Below, one piece after another: positions 23,900-36,996 of a stretch of 64,000 nt of DNA (positions within the stretch are counted from its first letter, which is position 1; each line of letters opens with the position of its first letter). This DNA comes from Leucoraja ocellata (Eukaryota). A program made the translations under genes and the position numbers. Location: contig JAWMAR010000283.1 of the NCBI GenBank assembly GCA_036785375.1, positions 1,302,001 through 1,366,000 of the forward strand, written 5' to 3'. The notes beneath the pieces were generated by a model that saw only the letters and a list, made by a program, of their open reading frames with translations, had not been told where the DNA came from and did not search any database.

Positions 23900-24780
23900 A
23901 GTGTTACTTAACATTGGAGAATTCAATGTCCATTGGGATGTAAGCTACCCACACGGAATACAAGATCCTGTTTCTCCAGTTTGCATGTCACCTCACTCTG
24001 GCAATGTGGCCCAGGATAGAAACCTCAGTATGGGATTGGGAAGGAGTTAGTAAGCAGGAGATCCATGCCATGTTGGATCGGGCACAAGTGTTCAGCACAA
24101 AACAGAAGTAGTCGCCGATGCAAAGGAGGCCACATCGGGAGCACAAATTCGAAGATGGGCATGTTAACCTCTGTCTCATCTGGAAGGGCATGTAAGGATC
24201 TCAGGATGGATATGAGAGAGGTGGTGGCTGGACAGGTGTTATATCTCTTGCAGTTGCAGGGTTAAGTACCCGGGGAGTGTGTGGTTTGGCTGCGGAGTGA
24301 TGAGTGATCCAAAGAGTTGTGGAGTGTGTGGTCTCTGTGTAAAGTGGAAAGGGGTGGGGATGGGAATGGCAAGATGTGACTAGTGGTGGCATCACATTGA
24401 AGGTGGTAGAAGTGTTGGAGAATGATGAGTTGGATGCAGAGGCTAACGAGATGAAAGGCCAGGACTGGGAAACTACTCGTTCCCTCTGGAGAGAGGGGAA
24501 ACAAGAGCCTAATTGTGGGGCACAGTTGACACAGGCAAAGGTTCCATCACTATGGCATTAGCAGAGGGGAAACCACATTTACTAAAGAAAGAGGACATAC
24601 AGTAGGAGTGGAAAAACCTCCTCTTTTCCAGCTTTCATTCCCCTACTACTATCAGTCTGAAGAATGGTCCCGACTCAAAATATTGTCTTCCTTTCCATTC
24701 ACAAATGCCGTCTGTCCCACTGAGTTACTCCAACACTGTGTTTTACTCAAGATTCCAGCATTTGCAGTTGCTGTGTCACC
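23900..24780 (-). mobile_element. Penelope-like element: degraded minus-strand endonuclease region with an inverted pLTR (24620-24780)
   Basis: CSRCGLLCIGD (degenerate YIG motif). pLTR CAGTCTGAAGAATGGTCCCGACTC...CTGAGTTACTCCA on the plus strand. Confidence 0.75.
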
Positions 24781-24947
24781 AGGAAACTATGCAGGATTTG
24801 CAATATTACAAAAAAAGATCATGGAAAGGATGAGAGCAGTGACATTGATGTCATGGATAGCTGGAGCAACATTCAGCTTGAAGCATGCTGGATATGACAA
24901 AAGTTGTATTGAAGACAGGGAAGGAATGCAGAGGTAGAAACCCCAAG

Positions 24948-25264
24948 ATTTAGACTTTACTTTAGACGTTAGAGCTACAGCGTGGAAACAGGCCCTTTAG
25001 CTCGAGTCCGCGCCGACAAGCAATCTCGCTGTACACGAACAATATCCTCTATACTAGGGACAATTTACAATTTTACCAAAGCCAATTAACCTACAAACCT
25101 GTATGTCTTTGGAGCTTGGGAGGAAACCAGAGTACCCGGAGAAAACCCACGCAGTCACAGGGAGAACGTACACACTTCGTACAGATAGCACCTAGAGTCA
25201 GATTTGAACCTGGATTTCTGGCACTGTCAGGCAGCAGCTCTACCGCTACACCACTGTACCGCCC
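24948..25264 (-). mobile_element. HE1-type V-SINE
   Basis: Full reverse complement of head, V domain and tail. Confidence 0.85.
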
Positions 25265-26659
25265 TAACAAATCTCAGATCTGTTGAAGAATATTTATCGA
25301 ATCCTGACAGATTACAAAGAAAAGTGAAAAGTAAGTGAAACAAAAACTGCAGTTCTTTCTATTCAAAAATAGAAATAGAAATGCTAAACTGAATACATGA
25401 AAGCAAGTTTGCTGGAAGGGCACAGGTGTGAAACAACACAATTTGGCTCATACATTTATCACAGTAAACACTTCTCTAAATTTCAAAATGACCTTTTGGC
25501 TGCAAGATACTTCGAGGCATTCTGAATTCTTCATTGAAGGCGATATATAAATGCATCCGTTTTTCTCCAATACCTGAAGCTGTCCCAAGTTTTTTTTAAT
25601 TTCAAGGTTTCAAGGTTAATTTATTGTCACATGTACCAAATCCTCCAACATAAAGAGTTGGGTGAGTTCTATAACTCTTCATGTTGGAGGATTTTTAATT
25701 GCCTTTCATCACAGTCAGGAATGTTGAATCCGCTGTGGTGGATGTTTATGTTAACCTTTATATGGTTGTGTGTCTTGTTGCTTTTATGCTAACTTTTATG
25801 TGGTTGTGTGTTTTATTCTTAAACTCATTTGAACAACTGAGCATATGATATAAATAATGACAGTTTGCAGAGCTTTGAGATGGAGATGAATGCCCATCAG
25901 TACAATAAAGCTCCAGTGAGTAATTAGAATGCCGGCAGAATATCATTTATCGCCAGGGCAACTTAATACAGAAGTAGAGGAGCTGTGCTTTAGTCACACA
26001 CAGCATCTGGAGTACGGAGCACAGTACTGATTTCGCAATGGGAGGCAGTCAATGCATTGCAACCAGTCAGAAGTGGCTTACTTTATTGAGTCTGGAACAC
26101 GGATACCAGACATGTATTCGCTGGAGATAAGACAACTTGATTGAAATATACAACATTCCGAAGGATCTTGATAGGGAGGATGTGGGTATGTCACTCCTCT
26201 TGAGGGAGCATCTCGAACTCAGGGTCAACATTTAAAAGGGGTTTGGATAATGAGTCAAATCTTTTACTCTTAGAACAGTCCATCTCAAAAGGAGGTGGAG
26301 CCAAGGGTCTGATTCTTACTCAGAGGGTGAAATATTATTTTGGGCTGATGGAAATGCAGAGTTGCAGTTACAATTAGATCAGCCATAATCCTATTAAATG
26401 GCAGAATTGACTTCCGGGCTGAGTCATCTTCTCCTGCTTCTAATTTTTGTCCCTGCACAGAATTCAGATGCAGTAAGGATAATAAAGTGCAAAGAAGCAT
26501 TACACAAAAAATCCTGTTGAATGTAAAATTATGGATTTGAACTTGTAGAATTGGATGAAAACTCTCCTCGGCCGCATCCGATAAAGTTTACAGGATTAAA
26601 CTTAAAGCAAGCCAATAGAAAACCATCAGATCAAATAGGCAGAAAAGATAGACAGGAGT

Positions 26660-28232
26660 GCAGCAGGGAGCGAGGTAGGACAGTTGGATTAAGTTACATT
26701 TATTTCAATGCTAGAGGTCTGATGCGTAAGGCAGATGAACTTAGGTCGTGGATAGGAACATAGGACAGGGATGTTATAGCTGCAACAGCAACCTGACTAA
26801 GGAACAGGATTGGTAGCTTAATGTACCAGGACACAGATGCTACCATGTTGATAGAGCTGGAGGTAAAAGCAGGGAGTTGCTTTACTCATTAAGGAGGACA
26901 TCACGGCAGTAGTCCAAGATGAGACTACTGACAGTTCATCCAGTGGGACAATATGGGCGAGGCTGAGAAAAAAAAAAAGAATGACCACCTCGTAGGGAGA
27001 GTACAGTGCCCCCCCCCCCCAATAGTAAATGGGAATAAGAAGAACAAATATGCTGTGATTCATTGCCACTGACGGCTGTGGAGGTCGTCAATGGATGGCG
27101 ATTGACAGATTCTCGATTGGTAAGGGTGTCAGGGCTTATGGGGAGAAGGCAGCAGAACGGGGTTGAGAGGGATAGATCAGCCATGATTGAATGGTGGAGA
27201 AGACCTGATGGGCCAAACGGCCTAATTCTGCTCCTATAACTTGCGAGCGTATGTGATTGAAGGCAGTTGCAAGACGAATAGGGTTGTCATAACTTTCCCA
27301 AGGCAGGGACTGCCATGGTATCAAGGGCTTAGACAATGGAATTTGTCAAATATGTTCAGGAAAATCTCCTTAAGACATATGTAGAGAGGGGCCCACAAGG
27401 GTGAGGGCTAAACCTGACCTACTCTAAGGAAATTGTGAAGAATGACTGAAGTGTTGGTGGGCAAGCCTTTTGGAACCAGTAAGCTTAGTTTTATCAGCTT
27501 AAAAATAATTATCCCGTGGCTTGGTGCTGGGCTAATTGTTGTTTGTCATCTGTATTAAGGATTTGATGAGAATGTATGAGGAATCGTGAGTACATAGTTC
27601 CATGAAAGTGGTGTCACAGGTGGACAGGATGATGAAGGCGACTTTCGGCATGCTGGTCTTCACCGGTAATGGCATTGATTGTACTTTGGGATCTTATGTT
27701 GCAGTTGTACAAGATGCACTCAGCGTATTCCCAACTACAAAAAGATGACATCGAGCAAAAAGAGTGCAGAAAAGATTTAAGAGGATGATCTCAGGACTCG
27801 GGGGAGTGAGTTATAGGAAGAAGTTGGGAAGGCTAGGACTCTATTCCTTGGAGCACAGGAGACTAATGATCTTATATAAGAATATAAAATAAGGAGGGGC
27901 AGGGTAACAGTGAATGCACAACATTTTTCTTTTCCGGGGTTGGGGATTCAAGAACTAGAGGGTGTAGATTTAAGGTGAGATTTAGTGGGAAACCAGTGGG
28001 AAACAAATGGGAAACTTTTTCCATATAGTGGGTAGTATGTATCCCAAACGATCTGCCAGAGAAAGTGATTGAGGCTGGTACCATGGTCCTATTTAAAAGA
28101 CATTTGAACATACACGGATAGGAAATGTTTCAAGGAATAAGGGTCAAATGCAGGCAAAGGCTACACCTTAGATGGACACCTTGGTAAGTATGAACAGGTT
28201 GGGCCAAAGGGGCTCTTTCTATGCTGCATGAC
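26660..28232 (+). mobile_element. Old, heavily deleted CR1 (APE to 3' end) with a nested second CR1 3' end at ~27055-27245
   Basis: YIYFNARGLMRKADELRSWI (APE motif), scattered RT pieces, and a 3' tail GGGCCAAAGGGGCTC...ATGCTG. Confidence 0.75.
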
Positions 28233-28355
28233 CAATTAATTTAGTAGATCAGGCCAATCATCAGCTTTGCTCAAACATTTGGTTATGACAAATTGATTCT
28301 GGGAACCTTTAATTTTGATTGTCAGGAAAGGAATGGGATTGTGCAAGCAGTAATA

Positions 28356-29387
28356 GGTATGTTGCAAAACCTACCTGAATCGTCGTTGAGAATCTGCCCC
28401 AGGCCGTGTGCGCGATTTTGGCGCTGTTTAGAGGGGGCGGGTTTAAAACGCGATTTTTACTAGGCTGTTGCAATCGAAAATGTTCAGCCTAGTAAATCAT
28501 TAACGGAAATCGCTGAAAGACCCCTTCGCAAAAGGTATTATTAGTTTTTATGGCCTTGTATAATAGTTATAGTAGTTTAAAAATCACTCTCTAAACCCGC
28601 GACCTCTCGCAGCCCCAGGGTTTTATAAAGCAAACAATTAAAGGTATGTACCTTATTTTTACATTAAAAGGGGCTTCTTAAGAACCCTGTATATAAAGTT
28701 TTCTATAGTGAGTAGCTCATTTTGGGCTCTTTATATCCCGTAGTATTTTTCTGGGCATTTGAGGGCACAAATCCAGCGCAACGTGAACGTTCTAAACCAG
28801 CGCGTTCACAGGAACCCACTAGAAAGCCGATTTAAAATGGACTTTAATTTACAGCAATTGAACACTAAATTCCTTCCATTTGGCCTATAAATTGATGTAA
28901 ATGAGATTTAAAAATCATGTTTTATTGTGAATTATTTGTGAATATTATTTGGACACTTAGGCTATTTAAAAATGTTAATCATTTATTAAGAAATGGATAG
29001 ATGTTTAGATCTAGTAATTGAAGTTTGAAATTAGCTACAATTGGGTAACTAACTAATTATATGCTTTAATTTCAGGTCATCCAAGTAAGATTATTTTATA
29101 TTTGTTTCAGAATGGTTCAATCTATGATAACTGAAAATTTCATTCAGTTCTCTTAATTTTTAAGAAGGTTATGGGCTTTTGACTGTCCATGATCACAGCT
29201 TTTTTGCTATGTCCATAGAAAATCAATAGGGAACAAGATGCTAATTTCCGAGTATGAAAATGGCCATAACTTTATTACTTGAGATATGAAAATGAATTAG
29301 GTGTCAAATTAAACTTATTTTTATGCTTTATCTGATGGGATAAATTGCAGACTTGATTTTTTAAATCTCAAAATTTTGTAACATTGC
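28356..29387. mobile_element. Non-autonomous DNA transposon with short imperfect TIRs (superfamily unresolved)
   Basis: TA|GGTATGTTGCAAAA ... TTTTGTAACATTGC|TA (11/14 match). CpG-rich left half. Confidence 0.5.
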
Positions 29388-30126
29388 TACAGATAAGGCA
29401 TAATAACAAATATTTTTGTATTGCATGCAATGGAGTGTGATGTCACCCTTGCAATAAAAATAAGAGTCATCTGTGCAATTTCAAAAACCGTGCAAAAAAT
29501 GTATTCAGAACAGTACTCTCTGTAAAGAATGTGTTTTTTTAGAGTTAGTTTAATATTTGATGTCAGAATTCTTTTGTTGTTGTAATCAAAAATAAAGACC
29601 GAATTCACTCATACAGAACACAAATTTATTTGAAAGAATGTGTAGGAAGGAACTGCAGATGCTGGTTTAAATCAAAGATTATTTGAAAGGAACTGGTAAA
29701 GCAATGCTGACAGGCAAGAACACTTATATGGAACTCGTACTTATTTGCAAACTTCCATTTTATTTGCAAAACTCTTCACAAAAATCTGCACAACAGTATC
29801 TCACCTTGAAATACAGATTGGAAGAAGCATTAAATTGACGCTAAGGTTATGATTTTTGAAACAAAAATCAGTGCAATTGTCTTGAAAAAGAACCAATAAT
29901 TGGAAGAACACTGAATTGGTGGAACCAGTCGAACTGGTTCAGGGAACTGCGCTGGTGGGGCATTTCCATATATTAAGCTCAGAAAGGTAATTAAAGTCAC
30001 TCAATTACTTTGCAAATATTCATGCCTATTGCCAATAGTTATTTTTAATTAGAGAATAGCATTAGCAAATTCTAAGCAACACCAGTTGCATTCAAGACTC
30101 AATACACAAACTGCATGCAAGTCTAA

Positions 30127-30811
30127 AGGGCCTGTCCCACTTGCATATGATTGTATGCGTTTGGCGCGACCAAACGGAAGCGGAGTTCACGCTAAGTACG
30201 CGCTAAGTTCGCGCGTGATGTCATTTGCGTCATACTTACCAATCAGCTGGGCAGGAGGCGGGCTGACTGAATTTGACGTTTAAACAAGATGCCAGTAACA
30301 GATGTCCGACCACAAAAATGTTAAGTGTATTTGCTACAATATACTCATGTACATGTAAGATTTCACTGGACCCGATGTACATGTCATCTGAGAGCTATAT
30401 TTGCATTTGTTAGTTGCCACTTTGCTGGAGTTAATAATATATATTTACAATAACTAGCTGTGCGTGGAACAGCTAAGCAGCTGTACCGCTGACTTCCTTA
30501 GAGAGCAACACCGATTGGTGCTCTTCAATAAGAAAGAATCCCTCTGGTTAAAAAAGTTACAGTGAGAATTTATGTACCTGCATATAAGGTTTGAAATTTA
30601 ATTAATCTCATAATAAGACATCCATTTTCCTTGCTTCTTGGACAATACTATTTCCTTAGTTGTGTTAGCAGTAATGATCTACATTTATTTTATTTTTGGA
30701 ATCACATACCTTTAGATTTAATTTACATACATAAAGATTTCATCCTTAATCAAAGGGGAAAAATGAGGGCGCGTAATTTGCGACCAAGGTCGCGTAAGTG
30801 GGACAGGCCTT
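30127..30811. mobile_element. PIF/Harbinger-type MITE
   Basis: AGGGCCTGTCCCACTT ... AAGTGGGACAGGCCTT, flanked by TAA and CAA. Confidence 0.8.
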
Positions 30812-31231
30812 CAATGAACATGAACAAAGAATAATATGTTGATTTCTTCATCCATTGTTTTAGCTATTCTGTCGAAAACAGAATGGTGAAGTCAACACAT
30901 CACATTACAACAGACTTCATTCACTCTGTTAAATGACCAGTCGTTCTTCATCCCAAATGTAATACTTAAAAGGTCCAGGCTTTGCAGGTGTAAAGATAGC
31001 AAAGCTATTGGCACATAGATTTATTACACCATAACAAGGCCAATGTACGTGTGTCTTTTTACAATACTGCACACAATAATATGTCAATAATATGACAAAG
31101 GGGGTCAAAAGTTGACAAGCACTTTATTGGGTTCATGACTAACATAGTTGTAGATTAACTATATTAATCCATGCCTATATAATCTCCACTACACATATTA
31201 TATGCATGCCACACATTCCACCTAGTGCACA

Positions 31232-31640
31232 GGTGTGTGGCAGCGCAACTCACGTCTGTCCTTTTTTAATTTTTTGTCTAGTTAAATGTAGTTAACTAGA
31301 GCTACCGCAACGCAACTTCTCTGAGCTCCCGCAACGCAACTTCTCCAGCACGTGTCACAGTGTTGGAACGACCCAGAGCAGGGTCCTACATCACCCCGCG
31401 CGGCTTTAATGGCCGCGGGACTTACCATCGCCCGCTTGGGGCTTCGACATTGGGAGAGAAATGGTGCAGGGGAGAGAAAAGACTTTGCCTTCCATCACAG
31501 TGAGGGGGAGATTCACTGTGATGGATGTTTGTGTAAATTGAATTGTTTGTGTGTCTTGTTTTGTTTGTATGGCTGTGGAAACAGAGTTTTGTTTGAGCCT
31601 CATTTAGGTTCAAATAACATGGAATAAATATTGTATTGTA
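31232..31640 (+). mobile_element. Deleted member of the stem-loop retroposon family
   Basis: GCCGCGGGAC...CATCGCCCG...AAGACTTTGCCT, stem-loop at 31491-31525, tail AATAAA(TATTG)n. Shares blocks with 18269-18420. Confidence 0.65.
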
Positions 31641-32247
31641 GAAGTATGATTTCAATGTTTTTGTTTGAAGTATTTTTAAGATAATGTAGAGCCTACATGA
31701 GAGATAGGCACATGTGATTATTATTTTTGTTATGCTCGACCTCCAAAAACTGGGGAATAATAATACATGCCATCCCCCCCACCCTAAAAAATGAGGGGGA
31801 TATATCCCCCCCAAAAGTGGAGTGATATATCCCCCACCTACCTGGTCACCAGGTACCGGGGAATCCGGGCAACGGGTTACTGAGGTACTGGTTACCGGGC
31901 ACCCGCACCGCTCCGTTTATAGCTGTGTTTCCGGGCGAGTAGATGGATGGGGTAACGGCGGGACTGCCCCGGGAGCGGAGCTCAGGGTCAGTGAGACGGG
32001 GTGGCAGACGTAGTACCCCATGCCCTGAGGGAGGGCAGAGCTTCCCAGGTGAGTGGGGAACACCGTGGTGGGGGGGAGGGGGTAGTGTTGGGCAAGGGGG
32101 GGTTGTGTTGCGCTGGAGATGTTGACATGCAGGAAGGTGTGATTGGCACCAATATTGCTGCTGGAGTCGATGGGTGCAGTGGATGGTGGCCATTTGGCCC
32201 ATTGAGCCTAGCCCGAACGAGCACCCTCCCAGGTCCCCTTTTACCTT

Positions 32248-32423
32248 GTGTAGGAAGGAACTGCAGACGCTGGTTTATACCGAAAGTAGAAACAAAATGT
32301 TTGAGTAACTCAGTGGATCAGGCGGCATCTCTGAATAATGGTGCCGACCCGAAACAATACGTCACCCATTCATTTTCTCCAGAGATGCTGCCTTACTGAG
32401 TTACTCCAGCATTTTGTGTCTAT
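32248..32423. mobile_element. Palindromic Penelope pLTR remnant
   Basis: GAGTAACTCAG...GGCATCTCTG and its inverse CAGAGATGCTGCC...CTGAGTTACTC. Confidence 0.7.
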
Positions 32424-33084
32424 CTCCCTTATTCCCTTGCCCTTCGTCACAGACTTTTACAAGGTTTCCCCTTCACTGCTAGGCCCAGCCCTCTTTGTGA
32501 AGGGTCTCCTGAAGCGCTGTCTCTCCACTCTCTGCCGATTGCCTCTGGTGTGATCACCCAAAGTCCATGTCGTACGTCTCTAGGAACAACTTCTCCTTGT
32601 TTGTTCCACCACAGGATTGTGAACATGCTCTCAGTCTCCTACTCCCCTCCCCTGCAACGTAAATAGCTCGAGAGTCTACATATGATTGAGACCTTTCATT
32701 GCTCACCCAATCTGGCTTCCCTATGAACTCTCGACATCCTTCCAGGTGTGAGACCAGAGCTGACCCTGCAATCTATACCTGGCAGCTCTCTGCATTTTTT
32801 GTCCCTGATTCCTCTATAAATAGGAGCAGGAAGGTTGGGTTATTCAGCAGCTCCGTGTGTGAGTGTGGGAAGCCTCCACTCTCCCTCTACCCCCCCCCCC
32901 CCCCCCTCCCCCTTCACATTCACCAGCCCGCCCCCACTGCGGTGAGTTGCTGACCCCCCCCCCCCCCGTGTATTACGGGTGAGGTTGGTGCTTCCTGCAA
33001 GCACTGAACCATCCGTGTCGGTCACTAAAGTATATCTTCTTGGCTGGCCGCTAACTCCTGGGGAAACATCGCTAAACCAGCCCC

Positions 33085-34790
33085 CCGCCCCTCCAATTCT
33101 ATCACACCTGAAGCAACGAAATCCTGGAATATTTAGTTTCCAATCACAGCCCCCCTGCAACCATGTTTCACTGATCGTCACAACATCATACTTTCATTTA
33201 TCAATCCAGGCTCTAAGCTCATCCACCTTTCTTACAATGCTCCTAGCATTAAAATATGCACATTTAAGAAACCCACCACCTCTTATTCTCTGTTTATTTT
33301 CTTTTTCTTCTTTCTCCTCTAGATTTTGGGTCCGAGTGCTTCCCTTTTCTGCCTCCTGCCTCACACTCTGTCTACTAGCTTTCTCTATTTAAGTCCCTCC
33401 CCCCCAACCATTCTAGTTTAAAGTCTCCCCAGTAGCCTTTGCAAATCTCCCCGCCAGGATATTGGTCCCCCTCGGGTTCAAGTGCAACCCGCCCTTTCTG
33501 TACAGGTCACACCTTCCCCAAAAGAAGTCCCAATGATTCAGAAACTTGAATCCCTGCCCACTGCACCAGTCCTTCAGCCATGCATTTATCCTCCACCTCG
33601 CTCCATTCCTACTCTCACTGTCGCGTGGCACAGGCAACAATCCTGAGATTGTTACTTTTTTGGTCCTTTTCCTTAACTCTCCTCCCAACTCCCTAAATTC
33701 TCCTTTCAGGACCTCTTATCTTTTTTTACCTATGTCATTGGTACCTATATGTACCACGACCTCAGGCTCCTCTCCCTCTGATTTCAGGATATCTTGGACG
33801 CGTTGAGACACATCCGAGACCCTGGCACCAGGGAGGCAGACTACCATCCGGGTCTCCCGACTGCGTCCACAGAATCGCCTATACGACCCCCTAACTATAG
33901 AGTCTCCAATCACTATTGCCATCTTCTTTTTCTCCCTACCTTTCGGAGTAACAGGGCCGGTCTCTGTGCCGGAGGCCCAGCCGCTGTCGCTACCCCCGGG
34001 CAGGCTGTCCCTCCCAACCGTACTCAAACAGGAGTACTTATTTTCAAGGTGTACAGACACTGGGGTACTCACTCGTCCCTGCCTCAGCCCCTTGCCCTTC
34101 CTAAGCGTGACCCACATGTCTGTCTCCCATGGTCTTGGAGTGACCATCTCCCTATAACTCCTCTCTATGACCTCCTCACTCTCCCTGACCAGACAGAGGT
34201 CATCAAGCTGCTACTCCAGGTTCCTAATACGGTCCCTTAGGAGCCCCATCTCGATGCACCTGGCGCAGATGTGGACGTCTCAAGGGCTATCCGACACCAT
34301 GACCTCCCACATCTGACATCCATAACAGTAAACCGCCCTGGCCCTCATTCTCCCGCCTTACCCTGGATACAATACAATACAAACTGCTGGAAGAAATCAA
34401 CAGGGATCTGACTCGCAATCAGCTGCTCCCTCTTGTACTTTAAACTGTACCTTTACTTAAAAAAAAGCACTGTACCCTTAGATCATTGTACCTTTACTAA
34501 AGCACTGTACCTTTAACCAGAAAGCAGAAATGCTAACCCGAGGGTGCACCCAATCAGCTGCTTCCTCTAGTCTGCTTCACCAATCAGCGGCATCCACCAG
34601 AACCCTTCCTATGAAGTGTGGAACGTTACAGATTTCGGTAAGCCCCGCGCTTGATTTAAACACTCACTGCCCAGAAACTCCTCCTCTTGCTCCAACGGCT
34701 CCCGGGCCTCTGTGAAAGCAAGCCCCGCGCTTGATTTAAACACTCACCGCCCGGCAACTCCTCCTCTTGCCCCAGCGGCTCCCGGGCCTC
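33085..34790 (-). mobile_element. 5' part of a CR1 LINE: 5'UTR, ORF1 (zinc finger plus SGNH esterase, 34348-33413, disrupted) and the start of the ORF2 APE domain
   Basis: CYGCQMWEV...CARC, IVIGDSIVRG, CLPGARV, VVVHIGTNDIG, LHLNPRG. ORF2 YFNARSIVRKVDELRAWI...ISETWL. ~80-bp tandem duplication at 34640-34790. Confidence 0.92.
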
Positions 34791-35637
34791 TAATTGCTTA
34801 CTCTTTATTTGGTACACTGCCACATACTTACACATACTACAATTTTGCTCTCTTCTTCCTAGTTTGTTCAATTACAATTATTTAATGTGACCGGCTAGAC
34901 AGCCAGTTAGCATACATCACTGCTCCTTGTAGATTGGTTGTTTCCTACTAGCCAATTGTAGTGCTTGTTAGTAGTTGCTCCGCCTAATATGAGATTTATA
35001 TTACCAAGATCTTGCTCACGTAATTCAGTCTGAGTAGCTGCTAGTTACTGTAATGTCCTACAGACCAATGCTGTAAGTGGACTTTAATAAATATGTGTTG
35101 TATCTTGACCTGTGTATGACTTGACGCATTACACTCCTGACCATGGATTGCTGTGCATTCACCGGGAAAGTTGACGGCAATAGCTTTTGGCTATCTTTCT
35201 TGACAGCCACGATACGATAGAACTTTGTTTATCCCATGAGGGAAATTGATCTGCCAACAGTCATAAAAACACAAATTACATGAAACGACAGCTGGAGGGC
35301 TATCCTTTTTTCACTGACTGCAAAATCCAAGTCGTATGATAATTAATAATATTCTAAATTACTGAAACAATATTTAAGCAAAACAAAACTAAAGTGTGCC
35401 ATTAAAAAAAACCTTGCACATCAATCTTGTACTTACAAACCTCATTATCGTCTAACTCATTATTGGGTATGATGACAAAACCCTTAAAGTTTCCTCTACG
35501 TAAAATAATTTATTTTTCTTCCGCAGTCCCTCAAGGTCAAAGATGACGCGTACAGTTTTCGATCAGGAAGATGTGGGAACCGCCACTCTTCCGAGTGTGG
35601 ATAATTTTTGAGACAATCAACTCATTATGGAACGTTC

Positions 35638-35731
35638 AGTCTGAAGAAGGTGTCGACCCGAAACGTCACCCATTCCTTCTCTCCAGTGATGATGCCTGTC
35701 CCACTGAGTTACTCCAGAATTTTGTGTCTAC
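35638..35731 (+). mobile_element. Penelope pLTR fragment with a hammerhead core (35641-35667)
   Basis: CAGTCTGAAGAAGGTGTCGACCCGAAACGTCACC followed by the pLTR tail. Confidence 0.75.
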
Positions 35732-36113
35732 ATTATGGAACGAGATGTGTGCTCTCAAAATCAGGCCTGGAAGTTCTCAATATCATCCTTAATGCTCTTT
35801 CTTCATTTAGAATGGAAAGGGGCCAGAAATGCCCCAGTCATTGGCGATGAGGTAGGTCAGAGAATCTTTTTCCCTCCCCATGCAATCCATGATACGACCA
35901 ATCAATGAAAGAGGATGTCAAACAAGGTTGCATTGTTAATCCAAAGTTTACCTCTATCTTTATTGCTGCAATACCATACCTCACCACCATCATCCTTGAT
36001 AGTAATAGTAATTGTGATAGTAATCTTCTCCCCCTCCTCCCGGGCCCACTCTCCCCCCACCACCCTCCCCCTTCTGGGCCTCCCTCCCTGGGCCTCTCTC
36101 CCACCAATTTAGA

Positions 36114-36516
36114 AGATTGAGGGGGGATCTTATAGAAACTTACAAAATTCTTAAGGGGTTGGACAGGCTAGATGCAGGAAGATTGTTCCCGATGTTGGGG
36201 AAGTCCAGAACAAGGGGTCACAGTTTAAGGATAAGGGGGAAATCTTTTAGGACCGAGATGAGGAAAACTTTTTTCACACAGAGAGTGGTGAATCTCTGGA
36301 ATTCTCTCCCGCAGAAGGTAGTTGAGGCCAGTTCATTGGCTATATTTAAGAGGGAGTTAGATGTGGCCCTTGTGGCTAAAGGGATCAGGGAGTATGGAGA
36401 GAAGGCAGGTACAGGATACTGAGTTGGATGATCAGCCATGATCATATTGAATGGCGGTGCAGGCTCGAAGGGCCGAATGGCCTACTCCTGCACTTATTTT
36501 CTATGTTTCTATGTTT
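36114..36516 (+). mobile_element. Young CR1 3' end
   Basis: Near-identical to 54125-54525, with (TTTCTATG)n tail. Confidence 0.95.
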
Positions 36517-36546
36517 CCCTGTCTCTGCCCCTTCTCTCTGCTCTCT

Positions 36547-36550
<4 letters not shown>

Positions 36551-36585
<35 letters not shown>
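36551..36585. repeat. (CT)n microsatellite
   Basis: Directly visible. Confidence 0.95.
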
Positions 36586-36589
<4 letters not shown>

Positions 36590-36689
36590 CCTCTCCCTCT
36601 CTAGATGCGCCTGCATGTTGGGGGCTATGCGTGAGTGGACAGGGCGGGGGGATGGGGTAGAAGGAACTAATTAATAATATTAATATAAT

Positions 36690-36819
36690 ATAGAAACATA
36701 GAAATTAGGTGCAGGAGTAGGCCATTCGGCCCTTCGAGCCTGCACCGCCATTCAATATGATCTCGGCTGATCATCCAACTCAGTATCCCGTACCTGCCTT
36801 CTCTCCATACCCTCCATAC
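36690..36819 (-). mobile_element. Young CR1 3' end running into the assembly gap
   Basis: Reverse complement of 36390-36515. Confidence 0.92.
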
Positions 36820-36996
36820 NNNNNNNNNNNNNNNNNNNNNNNNNNNNNNNNNNNNNNNNNNNNNNNNNNNNNNNNNNNNNNNNNNNNNNNNNNNNNNNNN
36901 NNNNNNNNNNNNNNNNNNNNNNNNNNNNNNNNNNNNNNNNNNNNNNNNNNNNNNNNNNNNNNNNNNNNNNNNNNNNNNNNNNNNNNNNNNNNNNNN
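36820..36996. other. Assembly gap (177 N)
   Basis: Run of N. Confidence 1.

Noticed and set aside
31491-31525. miRNA precursor (TCACAGTG resembles the miR-128/miR-27 seed)
   Set aside because: The stem is only ~14 bp, recurs in a repeat family, and does not match those mature miRNAs beyond the seed.
34886-35133. Solo LTR (TGT...ACA, CCAAT, AATAAA)
   Set aside because: Suggestive, but the flanks (TTTAA / CTCCT) show no TSD and there is no second copy to confirm it.
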